Assembly (NCBI GenBank): GCA_018649885.1
Contig: JABIHA010000066.1
Span: forward strand, 1-64,000
Direction: 5' to 3'
Origin: Bacteriovoracaceae bacterium
Lineage (GTDB): Bacteria; Bdellovibrionota; Bacteriovoracia; Bacteriovoracales; Bacteriovoracaceae
Length of the DNA: 64,000 nucleotides
The notes beneath the pieces are model-generated. The model was given only the letters and a program-made list of their open reading frames with translations. It had not been told where the DNA came from and searched no databases. Positions 17,754-28,106 of the stretch are shown here, in pieces. Position numbers and translations under genes: made by a program. Numbering within the stretch: position 1 is the first letter of the stretch; the number at the start of each line of letters is the position of its first letter.

Positions 17754-18896
17754 CTACCTATAAGCCTTAAGTTCATTTCCAGCAATGACTATGCGCTGAA
17801 TTTCTGAGGTTCCCTCATATATTTCTGTAATTTTCGCATCTCTGAAATGCCTCTCCGCTGGATATTCCTTAATATAGCCATTGCCACCAAGTGTTTGAAC
17901 TCCTTGATTGGCCACCCACATGGCCGCCTCACTAGCAAAAAGCTTACATTGTGCCGCCTCTTTAGAGTACGGCAAATCTTTGTCCTTCAGCTCACTTGCG
18001 TGCTGAATCAAAAGCCTTGAAGCCAGTATTTTCGTCGCCATATCTGCGATTTTAAATTGTATCGCCTGAAGCCCACTGATGGGTTTCCCAAAGGCCATTC
18101 TTTCAGTGGAATATTTTATGGCCACCCGGTAAGCAGCCTCAGCGATGCCAAGTGCCTGAGAGGCAATACCAATTCTTCCACCGTCTAAAGTCATCATGGC
18201 AACTTTAAAACCTTTTTCGTTTTCACCCAGAAGGCTATCTTTAGGAAGTTTCACCTTTTCAAATACTATTTGAGCAGTTGATGAACCTTTGATCCCCAGT
18301 TTTTCTTCTACTTTTTGGACAGCAACACCGTCTGCTTCCATATCCACAATAAAAGCACTAATGCCTTTGTAGTTATCTGTTTTTCTAGTCTTGGCAAAAA
18401 CGACTGCAACTTTTGCTTCCCTGCCATTGGTAATAAAGTTTTTGCTTCCATTAAGTTCATAGTGATCACCTTTGTCTTCTACAAAAGTAATCATGGCACC
18501 TGGGTCAGAGCCTACATTTGGTTCTGAAAGGCAATAGCAGCCTATGCCATCCCCACTGGCCATTTTGGGAAGCCATTTAGACTTTTGCTCTTCACTTCCA
18601 AACTTTAATATAGGCCACACAGCAAGTGAGTTGTGAGCAGAAAGTAAAACACCACATGAAGCACAACCTCTAGAGACCTCTTCAACCATAATAGAATAAG
18701 AAGTGTAGTCCATACCGGCTCCACCATACTCTTCTGGAATAAAGATACCGAAGAATCCATTTGCTGCCATTTTGGTATAAAGTTCAGCGGGAATCATTGC
18801 CTCTTTATCAATTTTTTCTGCAAGGGGAGCAACTTCACTGTCTGAGAATTTCTCACACATATTTTTTATATCTTTATGCTGTTCACTTAACATCAT
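17754..18896 (-). CDS. Acyl-CoA (butyryl-CoA-type) dehydrogenase
   Basis: CLSEPNVGSD, GRIGIASQALG and IYEGTSEIQR motifs. Confidence 0.93.
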   Translation of the reverse strand: MMLSEQHKDIKNMCEKFSDSEVAPLAEKIDKEAMIPAELYTKMAANGFFGIFIPEEYGGAGMDYTSYSIMVEEVSRGCASCGVLLSAHNSLAVWPILKFGSEEQKSKWLPKMASGDGIGCYCLSEPNVGSDPGAMITFVEDKGDHYELNGSKNFITNGREAKVAVVFAKTRKTDNYKGISAFIVDMEADGVAVQKVEEKLGIKGSSTAQIVFEKVKLPKDSLLGENEKGFKVAMMTLDGGRIGIASQALGIAEAAYRVAIKYSTERMAFGKPISGLQAIQFKIADMATKILASRLLIQHASELKDKDLPYSKEAAQCKLFASEAAMWVANQGVQTLGGNGYIKEYPAERHFRDAKITEIYEGTSEIQRIVIAGNELKAYR

Positions 18897-18907
18897 CTCT
18901 AAATCCT

Positions 18908-19708
18908 TTATTTTCCAGTAAACTCAGCTTTTCTTTTTTCTAAAAAGGCAGTCGTTCCCTCTCTCATATCTTCTGACTTAAAGATGATAGAGAACTCTTC
19001 TAACTCATAATTTAATGCTTCTTTTAAGGGAAGATCAACGGCACCATTTATCACTTTTTTCGAACAACCAACTGCTAGTGGGGAGTTTTTTAATATTTCA
19101 GAAAATGTTTTGTTAGCAGCTTCTAGAAGTGCTTCTTTACTGGGAAATACTCTAGAGACGAGGCCTAATTCCTTTGCCTCAGCAGCACCAACATTTCTAC
19201 CGGTATAAATTAACTCTCTGGCAGTGGCCCTGCCGACTGCTCTGGCAAGCCTTTGAGTGCCTCCAAAACCAGGAATCAATCCCAGCTTAACTTCAGGCTG
19301 CCCAAATAGTGCATTCTCGGTGGCATAGATAAAATCACAGGCCATGGCCATTTCGCATCCGCCACCAAGTGCAAAGCCATTGACAGCCGCAATCACAGGA
19401 ATATTTAATTCTTCCAGCATCACACTTACCTCTTGGCCCAACTTAGAAAACTCATAAGCCCCACTATCATCAAGGCCTTGCATTTGCTTAATATCAGCTC
19501 CAGCTATAAAAGCTTTCTCACCTGATCCTGTGAGGATTAAGCCTTTAACAATGTAGTCATCATTTGAGCTCAGCTCTCCCAGAACACTTCTTAGCTCAGA
19601 TAGAACATCGGCATTGAGAGCATTGAGTTTGTCCGCGCGATTAATAGTGATCTGAGCGATCCCTTTGTCACCAACTTCAAATAATATATTTTTGAGATCA
19701 ATATTCAT
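18908..19708 (-). CDS. crt: Enoyl-CoA hydratase (crotonase)
   Basis: AFIAGADI, ALGGGCE and PEVKLGLIPGFGGTQRL motifs. Confidence 0.9.
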   Translation of the reverse strand: MNIDLKNILFEVGDKGIAQITINRADKLNALNADVLSELRSVLGELSSNDDYIVKGLILTGSGEKAFIAGADIKQMQGLDDSGAYEFSKLGQEVSVMLEELNIPVIAAVNGFALGGGCEMAMACDFIYATENALFGQPEVKLGLIPGFGGTQRLARAVGRATARELIYTGRNVGAAEAKELGLVSRVFPSKEALLEAANKTFSEILKNSPLAVGCSKKVINGAVDLPLKEALNYELEEFSIIFKSEDMREGTTAFLEKRKAEFTGK

Positions 19709-20555
19709 AAAATCCTCTCTTATTTTTTCTTCCCAACCTTCCAGCACTTACATATTGCTTGAGAAGTGGGCATGGCCTGTATTTGGTATCTCCCAAACCA
19801 TCATGAAGTACTTCCATTATGGCCAAACAAGTATCAAGGCCTATAAAGTCAGCTAGCTCAAAAGGACCCATTGGCTGATTACAACCAAGTTTCATGGCAC
19901 TATCAATATCAGAAACACTTGCCACTCCTTCAAACAGCGCATAGCAAGCTTCATTAATCATTGGCATTAAAACTCTGTTTACCGCAAAACCTGGATAATC
20001 AGAGGCCTTAATAAATACTTTTCCCATTTTTTCGGCACACGCTTTAACGGCCTCAAATGTTTCGTCCGTTGTTTCAAGTCCTTTTATTCCCTCAACCAGT
20101 TTCATCACTGGCACGGGATTCATGAAATGCATTCCCGCCACTTGAGTTGGTCTTTTGGTAACCGCTGCAATCTCAGTAATAGAGATTGAAGAAGTGTTCG
20201 AAGCTAGAATAGCTGAGGGCTTTAAAATTCGGTCTAGTTCTTTGAAGATCTCAAACTTTATTCCCTTATTTTCTGTGGCAGCTTCAACTACAAGATCGCA
20301 ATCTTTTAGATCATCTATCTGTGCCGAGAACTCAATTTTATCCATGCTTTTTTGGACAAAGCTCTCTTCCCACTTTCCTTTACTTGCGCCTTTTTCTAGC
20401 TGCTTTTGAATAAAGTCCTTGGCAAAATCTAATGCTTTTTTATCAATATCATAAACTTTGACACTGTAATCTGACATGGCCGCCACCTGGGCAATTCCAC
20501 GACCCATCTGACCAGAGCCAATAACAGCAATGCTTTCAATTGAAGTTGACATCAT
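19698..20555 (-). CDS. hbd: 3-hydroxybutyryl-CoA dehydrogenase
   Basis: GSGQMG, SNTSSISIT, GMHFMNP and PMGPFELAD motifs. Confidence 0.92.
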   Translation of the reverse strand: MMSTSIESIAVIGSGQMGRGIAQVAAMSDYSVKVYDIDKKALDFAKDFIQKQLEKGASKGKWEESFVQKSMDKIEFSAQIDDLKDCDLVVEAATENKGIKFEIFKELDRILKPSAILASNTSSISITEIAAVTKRPTQVAGMHFMNPVPVMKLVEGIKGLETTDETFEAVKACAEKMGKVFIKASDYPGFAVNRVLMPMINEACYALFEGVASVSDIDSAMKLGCNQPMGPFELADFIGLDTCLAIMEVLHDGLGDTKYRPCPLLKQYVSAGRLGRKNKRGFYEY

Positions 20556-20781
20556 TAACCTCGTTTTGCGATGTGACAATCGCATTAATATAGTAGAGAA
20601 CTACAATTCGAAGGCAAAATATCTCGATATTTTGACTCTTGGTCAAGCCAAATGCACCAATGGATGGCCCCAACACTCAAAAAACTTGCTCGACGAAACA
20701 CTGGACAGATCACCTTAAGTGATTTAAAAATCGGAAGCTAATAAACTTGAAAGAAGTAAACTGTCCATCGGGAGTTATAAC

Positions 20782-21042
20782 GTGGCCAATCATAAGTCGG
20801 CGAAAAAAAGAGCAAAACAAAACACTAAAAGAAATGCGGCTGCTAAGGCCAAAAAAAGTGAAATGAGAACTGGCCTTAAGAGTCTTTATCTTGCCATTTC
20901 TGAGAATAATAAAGAAAAAGCTGCTGAGTTATTCAAACTAGTTCAATCTAAATTGAGTAAACTTGCTAAAGGCAGTGCGATGAAAAGCAAGACTGCGTCG
21001 CGTAAAACTTCTAGATTAGCTTCTCAAATTTCACAATTATAA
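20782..21042 (+). CDS. rpsT: 30S ribosomal protein S20
   Basis: MANHKSAKKRAKQ...ASRKTSRL. Confidence 0.95.
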   Translation: MANHKSAKKRAKQNTKRNAAAKAKKSEMRTGLKSLYLAISENNKEKAAELFKLVQSKLSKLAKGSAMKSKTASRKTSRLASQISQL

Positions 21043-21115
21043 GAACAGGAAAGATGACACTTTAAGATTTTAAAGTGTACATCCCTCCCAATCCGATATT
21101 TGTTTTATCCTGTGG

Positions 21116-21143
21116 AAAGGCACCGATTAATTGGTGCCTTTTT
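21116..21143. terminator. Terminator hairpin between rpsT and the convergent gene
   Basis: AAAGGCACCGA-TTAA-TTGGTGCCTTTTT. Confidence 0.65.
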
Positions 21144-21426
21144 CATTTTCGTAGGTTTCAGCCTCAGATTCTAATTTTACTTGTGCAGCCTCAACCCCTT
21201 TTATTTTGGCCTTCATTTCTTTCATTTCAGCCACCAATTTCGTTAGCTGCTCTTTCATGGTGGCCATCTCTTGAAGCTGGCCGTGAAGCTGAATTTGCCT
21301 TTTTTCAATGAGATTGATTCTCTCATATTTGTTCATGCCGCCATTTTCAGTGGAATTAAAGGAAAGCTCTTCAGCATGCCCCATATTCAAGGCCAAAAGT
21401 GTCAAAAAGAGGGTAAAAAATTTCAT
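21127..21426 (-). CDS. Hypothetical secreted coiled-coil protein
   Basis: Signal peptide; heptad-rich sequence. Confidence 0.65.
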   Translation of the reverse strand: MKFFTLFLTLLALNMGHAEELSFNSTENGGMNKYERINLIEKRQIQLHGQLQEMATMKEQLTKLVAEMKEMKAKIKGVEAAQVKLESEAETYENEKGTN

Positions 21427-21499
21427 AGTCTAATATTAGCCTTTAACAAGGAGCACAACAAGTCTATATTTTCACAAACAAAAATCAAACGAGTTAGCT

Positions 21500-22048
21500 G
21501 TGAGTGAAGAGTTTAATGGCCCTACCCCGAAAATGAGTGACACTGAGATTGCTTTCAGTGAAATTATCGGTGACCTGGTAGAACAGTGGGGATTTAAAAG
21601 ACATCTTGGGCGAGTTTGGTCACTATTATATCTAAGAACTAACCCCCTCAATCCTAAGCAAATTCAAGAAGAACTCAATCTTAGTGCAGGCTCTGTCAGC
21701 GCCACACTTGTAGAACTTCAAACATGGGGAGTGGTAAAAAGAATCAGAGTTGCAGGAGACAGAAATTTTTATTTTGAGGCTGAAACCCATATTTGGAAAT
21801 CAGTCTCTAATGTCTTGAGGGCACGTGAGCTTAGAATCCTTGAAGAAGCCTACTCGGGAATAAAGAATCTTACAAAAACCATGGCCCAAAACGATGATCA
21901 GGATATGGCCAACTTTCACATCACAAGAGCTGAGCACGTTCTCGATGCCATTAGTACTTCAAATTCCATTATGGAGCACTTTGTGAATATGAACCCTGAA
22001 AATGTTGAAAAGCTCGCAAAGTTAGTCAAAAAACTTACCTCACTTTAA
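21500..22048 (+). CDS. GbsR/MarR-family transcriptional regulator
   Basis: QWGFKRHLGRVWSLLYL..LSAGSVS..WGVV..GDRNFYF winged HTH. Confidence 0.85.
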   Translation: MSEEFNGPTPKMSDTEIAFSEIIGDLVEQWGFKRHLGRVWSLLYLRTNPLNPKQIQEELNLSAGSVSATLVELQTWGVVKRIRVAGDRNFYFEAETHIWKSVSNVLRARELRILEEAYSGIKNLTKTMAQNDDQDMANFHITRAEHVLDAISTSNSIMEHFVNMNPENVEKLAKLVKKLTSL

Positions 22049-22052
22049 AACC

Positions 22053-22532
22053 TCAGCACACCCGAATCACTTCTATTTCTTTTTTTCCCTTAGGAGTCAC
22101 AAGCTCAATAATCTCACCCTCAACTTTATTCATCAGTGCACTTCCAATGGGAGAATAAGTTGTCACAACTTGAACACGCACGTTATCTATATTTAAACTC
22201 TGCCCTTCACCCGAATGAATCAGAAAATAGAGAGCTTGTTCAGTTGAGTTTAAAACTGTAACGAGTGCACCACTTGTGATGGGATCTGAGGGACTAAATT
22301 CTTTTAGAGTAAAATTTTGAAGTATGCCTATTTGTGACTTTAACTCTTCAAGTCTTTTTTTCTGTGCACCTGCAAGATAGCCAGCTTCAATACTTCTTGT
22401 GTCCCACTTACTTTCTGCTTTCGTATCTTGATCGCAGGCCCCCGCTTTTGTGAATTCATAGGCCTGCAAGATACCGTCCAGTTCGCAGTTTACAATCCGC
22501 ATGAGCTCATCAATAATCCTTTTTTTATCCAT
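22053..22532 (-). CDS. GreA/GreB-family protein
   Basis: KAESKWDTRSIEAGYLA and SPIGSALM motifs. Confidence 0.85.
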   Translation of the reverse strand: MDKKRIIDELMRIVNCELDGILQAYEFTKAGACDQDTKAESKWDTRSIEAGYLAGAQKKRLEELKSQIGILQNFTLKEFSPSDPITSGALVTVLNSTEQALYFLIHSGEGQSLNIDNVRVQVVTTYSPIGSALMNKVEGEIIELVTPKGKKEIEVIRVC

Positions 22533-22562
22533 AGCTAATGTTTTATATCACTGTGAGAAATT

Positions 22563-22823
22563 ATGAAAGTTAATATTGATTTTGATGGCAAAGAGCAGTC
22601 TACCAACCTAACCTTCTATCACGATCAATTTAACACTGATCGCGACTACAATGTGGCCATATCCATTGTTCAAACCTTTTGCGCTGATTTTGATATGGAC
22701 CCAGAGTTAGAAGTGGAAGATTTTAAGGAAATCATCATCAAGAGTGGTGAAAAAGAGAGCCAAAAATTTACTTTTATTATCGACGAAGAGGGTATCGAAG
22801 TCGATGTTGAAGGAAATGTCTAA
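22563..22823 (+). CDS. Hypothetical acidic protein
   Basis: 86-aa ORF with plausible composition. Confidence 0.6.
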   Translation: MKVNIDFDGKEQSTNLTFYHDQFNTDRDYNVAISIVQTFCADFDMDPELEVEDFKEIIIKSGEKESQKFTFIIDEEGIEVDVEGNV

Positions 22824-22963
22824 AATTTAATATTGGCAGGTCACAGTGACAAAAAAGCGACTAAAACTGATCCCTTCTTCATAGCGGCGGTAATTGGTTT
22901 TCCATTTTACACCACCCCCACCCAGACGTAGAATACTTCACTACCTTAAAAAAGGATGACCCC

Positions 22964-23551
22964 ATGGATGCAGTGTTAAAAATTGCTAATGCCTATCCCG
23001 TATTTTTTGGCATGGCCCTAATTGGGACATTACTATTTGTTCTCAAAGTTTTGATGCTCTTTATGGGAGGCGACTCAGATGCTTCAGACATTGATGGAGA
23101 TTTAGACTTTGATGGTGAAACCCATGTAGATGGAGCGGAATCATTTACTCTTTTTTCTGTCCAATCTATTTTGGCCTTTATCATGGGATGTGGCTGGGTC
23201 GGACTGGCAGCCAGACATGAATGGAAAGTTGGACAGGGACAGGCGATTGCCATGGCTGCTGGATTTGGTTTTGCGATGATGCTTCTCAATGCCTTTTTAA
23301 TGGGAAAAATGAAAAGTTTAAATTCCAATCCAAGAGATGATACCAGCTCGGCCACTGGTCAAACAGGGCAAGCCTACACCAACATCCCTGAAAGAGGCCA
23401 AGGATCAGGACAAGTTGAAATTGCCGTTGGGGGGAAAAAACAAGTTTTGCAAGCATTTAGTGTAGGTGAAAAAATCGATGCCTTTACACCAATCATAGTT
23501 AAACAAGTAGATTCTACCGGAAACCTCCACGTGGAAAAACATCAAATTTAA
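22964..23551 (+). CDS. NfeD-like membrane protein
   Basis: TM segments plus C-terminal OB-like domain, directly upstream of flotillin. Confidence 0.8.
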   Translation: MDAVLKIANAYPVFFGMALIGTLLFVLKVLMLFMGGDSDASDIDGDLDFDGETHVDGAESFTLFSVQSILAFIMGCGWVGLAARHEWKVGQGQAIAMAAGFGFAMMLLNAFLMGKMKSLNSNPRDDTSSATGQTGQAYTNIPERGQGSGQVEIAVGGKKQVLQAFSVGEKIDAFTPIIVKQVDSTGNLHVEKHQI

Positions 23552-23565
23552 ATAAGGATACCACC

Positions 23566-25179
23566 ATGATTTTTAGCTCATTTTCGATAATGGCCTTTAT
23601 TGTTGTTCCGGTCATTATAGTATTATTTTTCGCCCTCTTTCTCTCAAAACAATACAAAAGATGCCCCTCAAACCAAATCCTTGTTGTTTTTGGGAAGGTA
23701 ACTGGTGCTAAGGCTGCCAATTGTATTCATGGAGGGGGTGCATTTATTGTCCCACTACTCCAAGACTATACTTTTCTCTCCTTAGAGCCTCTTGCTATTG
23801 AGATTGATTTAAGATCCGCTCTATCAAAGAAAAATATTCGAGTTAATGTTCCCTCTACTTTTACAGTCGGGATATCAACTCAAACAGCAGTCATGAATAA
23901 TGCTGCCGAAAGATTACTTGGATTAACCAATACAGATATCAGCACACAGGCCCAAGATATTATTTTGGGTCAAATGCGTCTTGTTATCGCAACACTTTCC
24001 ATTGAAGAAATTAACCAAGATAGAGAAAAGTTTTTAGACCTTGTAAATAAAAACGTGAATCTGGAGCTTAACAAGATTGGTCTCGATGTGATTAACGTCA
24101 ATATTAGAGATATCACTGATGAAAGTGGATATATTGAAGCTATCGGTAAAAAAGCAGCAGCTGAGGCCATTAACACAGCAAAAATTGAAGTTGCCCAGCA
24201 AGTAAAAGACGGTGCCATCGGTGAGGCAACAGCTGTCAACGAACAAGAAGTATCTGTTGCCAAACAACAGGCCCAGGCAGTTATGGGTCAAAAGCAAGCT
24301 GACCGAGATCAAAGGATAACCGTTTCCAAGTATGAAGCCGAAGGTGTTACAGGAGAAGCTTCTGCTGAAAGAGAAAAACAAGTTGCCATGGCCCAAGAAA
24401 AGGCCAAAACAGTTCAAGGGCAAAAGCTTGCCGACAAAGAAAAAAGACTTGTACTGGCCAGCTTGGAAGCCGAATCAGTCATGGGTGAAAATGAATCGAG
24501 AGCAAATATTGCTGAATATGATGCCAGTCTAAAAGCAAGACAAGCCGATGCTAAAAGAAAAGGTGAGGTGGCACTTGCAAATTCTGCAAGAGATGTACTC
24601 CTCGCTGAAAAAGAACAAGAAGTGGCCTTGCTTGAAAAAACAGAGCTGGCGCAAAAAGAAGTTGATAAGAAAAAAATTGAAATTGAAGCAGAGGCAACTG
24701 CAGAGAAGACCAGAAGAATAGCTAGAGGGGACGCTGATGCCGTACTAGCAAAATACGAAGCCGAAGCCAAAGGTTTAAAAGCTGTGCTCGATGCAAAGGC
24801 CCTAGGTTATAAAAACTTACTAGATACTGTTGGAAAAGATAAAGGCCTTGCTCCAACCCTTCTACTTGTAGAGAAAATGCCAGAGCTTATAGAAATGCAG
24901 GTTAAGGCCATCCAAGAACTTAAAATCGACAAAGTCACTGTTTGGGACGGCGGAGGAAAAGACTCCAATTCAACCTCTAATTTTTTAAAGGGACTCATTA
25001 ATTCACTTCCTCCGATTCACGACCTGGCCAAACAAACAGGGGTGGAACTTCCTGAATTTTTGGGACAAATAAAGCCTGAGTACCTAAACTCTTATTTTAA
25101 AAAGACAGGAGATGGCTCAAGCGGTGATAGCTCCGGAACGCAGGGAAGTGATTCCAATGAGAAACCTGTTACGCAATAG
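23566..25179 (+). CDS. Flotillin/SPFH domain protein
   Basis: YKRCPSNQILVVFG, GGGAFIVP, GQMRLVIA; Ala/Glu coiled coil; KIDKVTVWD. Confidence 0.92.
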   Translation: MIFSSFSIMAFIVVPVIIVLFFALFLSKQYKRCPSNQILVVFGKVTGAKAANCIHGGGAFIVPLLQDYTFLSLEPLAIEIDLRSALSKKNIRVNVPSTFTVGISTQTAVMNNAAERLLGLTNTDISTQAQDIILGQMRLVIATLSIEEINQDREKFLDLVNKNVNLELNKIGLDVINVNIRDITDESGYIEAIGKKAAAEAINTAKIEVAQQVKDGAIGEATAVNEQEVSVAKQQAQAVMGQKQADRDQRITVSKYEAEGVTGEASAEREKQVAMAQEKAKTVQGQKLADKEKRLVLASLEAESVMGENESRANIAEYDASLKARQADAKRKGEVALANSARDVLLAEKEQEVALLEKTELAQKEVDKKKIEIEAEATAEKTRRIARGDADAVLAKYEAEAKGLKAVLDAKALGYKNLLDTVGKDKGLAPTLLLVEKMPELIEMQVKAIQELKIDKVTVWDGGGKDSNSTSNFLKGLINSLPPIHDLAKQTGVELPEFLGQIKPEYLNSYFKKTGDGSSGDSSGTQGSDSNEKPVTQ

Positions 25180-25277
25180 GTTATAGAATACGTAGATTAA
25201 ATACCATGGGGCCCCTTGTGTTCTTTCAATTGGCCCCCATGTTAGTTGTTGTGCGATTAATTAAGGAGCAAGCAAGT

Positions 25278-25862
25278 ATGAATCATTATAGGATGAACAC
25301 TTTTTTAATTTTAGTATTGGCCATTTTTCTAACTTCCTGTGGAATTAGATCAATCCCGCAAACCCTTAATCAGGTTGAAGCTGACTGGGCCGAAGTGCAA
25401 AACCAATACAAAAGAAGAACAGACCTCATACCCAATTTAGTCGCCACAGTAAAAGGCTATGCCTCTCATGAGAAAGAAACCCTTGAATCTGTAATTAGTG
25501 CAAGAGCATCTGCAACTCAAATTAAAATTGATCCCACTAATCTAAGCGCGGAAAAGTTGAAACAATTCTCTAGGGCGCAAGGACAGCTCTCAGCAGCCCT
25601 AGGAAAGCTAATGATGGTTTCAGAGAGATATCCTGATCTTAAGGCCAACTCAAACTTTCTAGCACTGCAATCCCAATTAGAGGGCACAGAAAATAGAATT
25701 ACAGTTGCACGTGGCAGATATATTAGAACAATAAATAAATTTAATAATCTTGTTACCGTATTCCCCACAAATATAGTTAACTCATTTTTATTCAAGCACG
25801 AGAAAAAACCTCAGTTTACTGTAGCTGAAAGCGAGACAAAAACTCCAAAGGTGACATTTTAA
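25278..25862 (+). CDS. lemA: LemA family protein
   Basis: QYKRRTDLIPNLV, YPDLKAN and LEGTENRI motifs. Confidence 0.93.
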   Translation: MNHYRMNTFLILVLAIFLTSCGIRSIPQTLNQVEADWAEVQNQYKRRTDLIPNLVATVKGYASHEKETLESVISARASATQIKIDPTNLSAEKLKQFSRAQGQLSAALGKLMMVSERYPDLKANSNFLALQSQLEGTENRITVARGRYIRTINKFNNLVTVFPTNIVNSFLFKHEKKPQFTVAESETKTPKVTF

Positions 25863-25865
25863 ACA

Positions 25866-26759
25866 ATGAAATATCTAATTTTTCCAAAGTGGTTGATCTT
25901 ATTTAGTCTACTCGCGGGCCCTAGCATTTTATTTTCAGAGGTTAGCCTTCCAAGCCTCGCTAGCCCTGTCACCGATTTAGCTGGTGTTCTTAGTGTAGAA
26001 GAAAAAAGTGACTTGGATGCAAAAATCAGAAAACTCCATGAGGTTTCTGAGATTAAAGCATCCATACTTGTTATCCCCTCACTTGAAGGAGAAACCATTG
26101 AGCAGTTTTCTATTAGGCTTTTAGAGAAAGAGACTCTTGGGAAACAAGACGTAGATAATGGCCTACTCATAACACTGGCAATGAAAGAGAGAAAAGTAAG
26201 AATTGAGGTCGGCCTTGGCCTTGAGGGAAGTATGACTGACTACGTCTCTCACAAAATCATCAATAACATTTTTGTTCCCCATTTTAAGCAGAGAAATTTT
26301 CATGGTGGCTTTGTAGCAGGTTTAAATGAAATCGCTAAAATTCATGGAAGTGCTGGCGCACTTGGTGGTGGCACAAACTTTAAGCCAATAAAAATTAGGC
26401 GATATAAAAAAAGAAAGAAGAGCCCTCTCATCACAATTATGTTCATCGCATTTTTGGTGGGAAGCATTGTTCTTTCCGGAATAAAATCGAAACCTATTAA
26501 AGGCATAATTAGCTCACTAATATTTTGCACCGTTGGATTTTTTGTCATTGGAAGCGCATTTGGTTTATTGGCCTATGTCGGAATAGCTGTTGTTGGTTTC
26601 CTCTTTGGAATAATGGGCTTTAATAGAGGCATCTACTATTCAAGTGGTGGAGGCTTTCGCAGTGGCAGCAGCGGTGGTGGATTTAGCTCAGGCGGCGGTG
26701 GTAGCTGGGGCGGAGGCGGCGGAGGTTTCTCTGGCGGCGGCGCTTCGGGGGATTGGTAG
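25866..26759 (+). CDS. TPM domain protein (YgcG-like)
   Basis: VTDLAGVL, DNGLL, RIEVGLGLEG; Gly-rich tail GGGASGDW. Confidence 0.9.
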   Translation: MKYLIFPKWLILFSLLAGPSILFSEVSLPSLASPVTDLAGVLSVEEKSDLDAKIRKLHEVSEIKASILVIPSLEGETIEQFSIRLLEKETLGKQDVDNGLLITLAMKERKVRIEVGLGLEGSMTDYVSHKIINNIFVPHFKQRNFHGGFVAGLNEIAKIHGSAGALGGGTNFKPIKIRRYKKRKKSPLITIMFIAFLVGSIVLSGIKSKPIKGIISSLIFCTVGFFVIGSAFGLLAYVGIAVVGFLFGIMGFNRGIYYSSGGGFRSGSSGGGFSSGGGGSWGGGGGGFSGGGASGDW

Positions 26760-26761
26760 AT

Positions 26762-27415
26762 ATGGACTGGAAAAGAAGTATACTTTCTGCAAGAGAAGAA
26801 GAAAAAATTGAAAATAAAATTTTAGAGTTCGAAACAAAAACAGCAACAGAGCTTGTGGTTTGCGTTCTTAAGGCAGCGGACCCTTATCCGGGTGCTATCT
26901 ATAGATTTGCTATTTTATTTTCCCTACTCTTTGCGACAGCAATAACTTTCTTATTTCAATTTGATCATGAGTTTTATTTAATTCTACTAATTGGATTTTT
27001 AATCATTCTAGGAACGGTACTTGGAAAAATGCCTTTCATAAAAAAATTGGCACTAGTCCAAGAAGAGATAAACCGTGAAGTACGAGAAAAAAGTATCGAG
27101 TTATTCCAAAGCTTAGAAATAAATAGAACAAAAGATAAAATTGGAATACTGCTACTACTATCTCTACAAGAGAGAAAAATTGAAATCTTAGTGGGTAAAA
27201 AACTATCAGAAAAAATTTCGGGGGAAGACCTAGATAATATCGTGAAGCACCTTTCGGATAACTTCAAAAACAATGATTTTGGAGTCGGTTTTCTTTGGGC
27301 GATAGATAATCTAGGTGAAAAAGTAACTCACTTCTTCCCCAAGCTTTCAGACACAATCGATGATAGTAAAAATGAGCTATCAAATAAGATTGTATGGGGT
27401 GATTTTTCAAAATAG
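26762..27415 (+). CDS. TPM domain membrane protein
   Basis: ETKTATELVV, GILLLLSLQERKIEI; standard lemA-TPM-TPM context. Confidence 0.8.
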   Translation: MDWKRSILSAREEEKIENKILEFETKTATELVVCVLKAADPYPGAIYRFAILFSLLFATAITFLFQFDHEFYLILLIGFLIILGTVLGKMPFIKKLALVQEEINREVREKSIELFQSLEINRTKDKIGILLLLSLQERKIEILVGKKLSEKISGEDLDNIVKHLSDNFKNNDFGVGFLWAIDNLGEKVTHFFPKLSDTIDDSKNELSNKIVWGDFSK

Positions 27416-27579
27416 TACTTCAAAAACTCACTTACACCCCATGAAATCTTCGTAAATTCCACAACTTATGGGTAAAATTTTCATAGTATTCCTCTGAGAG
27501 GAAACGCTTAGATTCAAAAATCTGGCATTTTTTCAGTGGTTTGCTATATTTCACAAGCAAAAATACTACGGAGTCTCTC

Positions 27580-28104
27580 ATGCTAAAAAAATGCTGTTGC
27601 ATTTTTTCTATTCTCACATTTTTTAATATCAGTGTGTACGCTAACAGCAAATTATCAACTGCTCACTTTCGAGGAAATTACAGTGGTATCTGCGTAGAAA
27701 AAGAAAGCGGTGATCGTGAATTTAGCTATCCCATCCAGCTAGAAATTCAAAGTGAAATTGGGAATGAACTGATTATCAAGTCTAATTCAATAAATAGATT
27801 ATTTTCGGATGGTTTCTATTTTATAAATTCAGGAAAAATCAATGAATTAAAATACCAAGCAAAGCTGGGATGTTTCTCTGACGTCTTGCAAACACAGCTA
27901 ATAGGAAGGAGCATTATTGAAAGATCTAGCTCTGGCTTTGAATTATTTTGTTCTAATTCACATTTTTTAAAAATAAGCAGCTACCGAAAATTAAAATATA
28001 TTGATCATGAAAATATAAAATTCATCTATAGATCCTCAACTATTTTGAGCCAGCAAAGAATTCATTGCAATTTAAAAAGAGTTTCTAGTGGCCCACTAAC
28101 GTAG
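27580..28104 (+). CDS. Hypothetical secreted protein
   Basis: GGAG RBS; signal peptide. Confidence 0.6.
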   Translation: MLKKCCCIFSILTFFNISVYANSKLSTAHFRGNYSGICVEKESGDREFSYPIQLEIQSEIGNELIIKSNSINRLFSDGFYFINSGKINELKYQAKLGCFSDVLQTQLIGRSIIERSSSGFELFCSNSHFLKISSYRKLKYIDHENIKFIYRSSTILSQQRIHCNLKRVSSGPLT

Positions 28105-28106
28105 AG

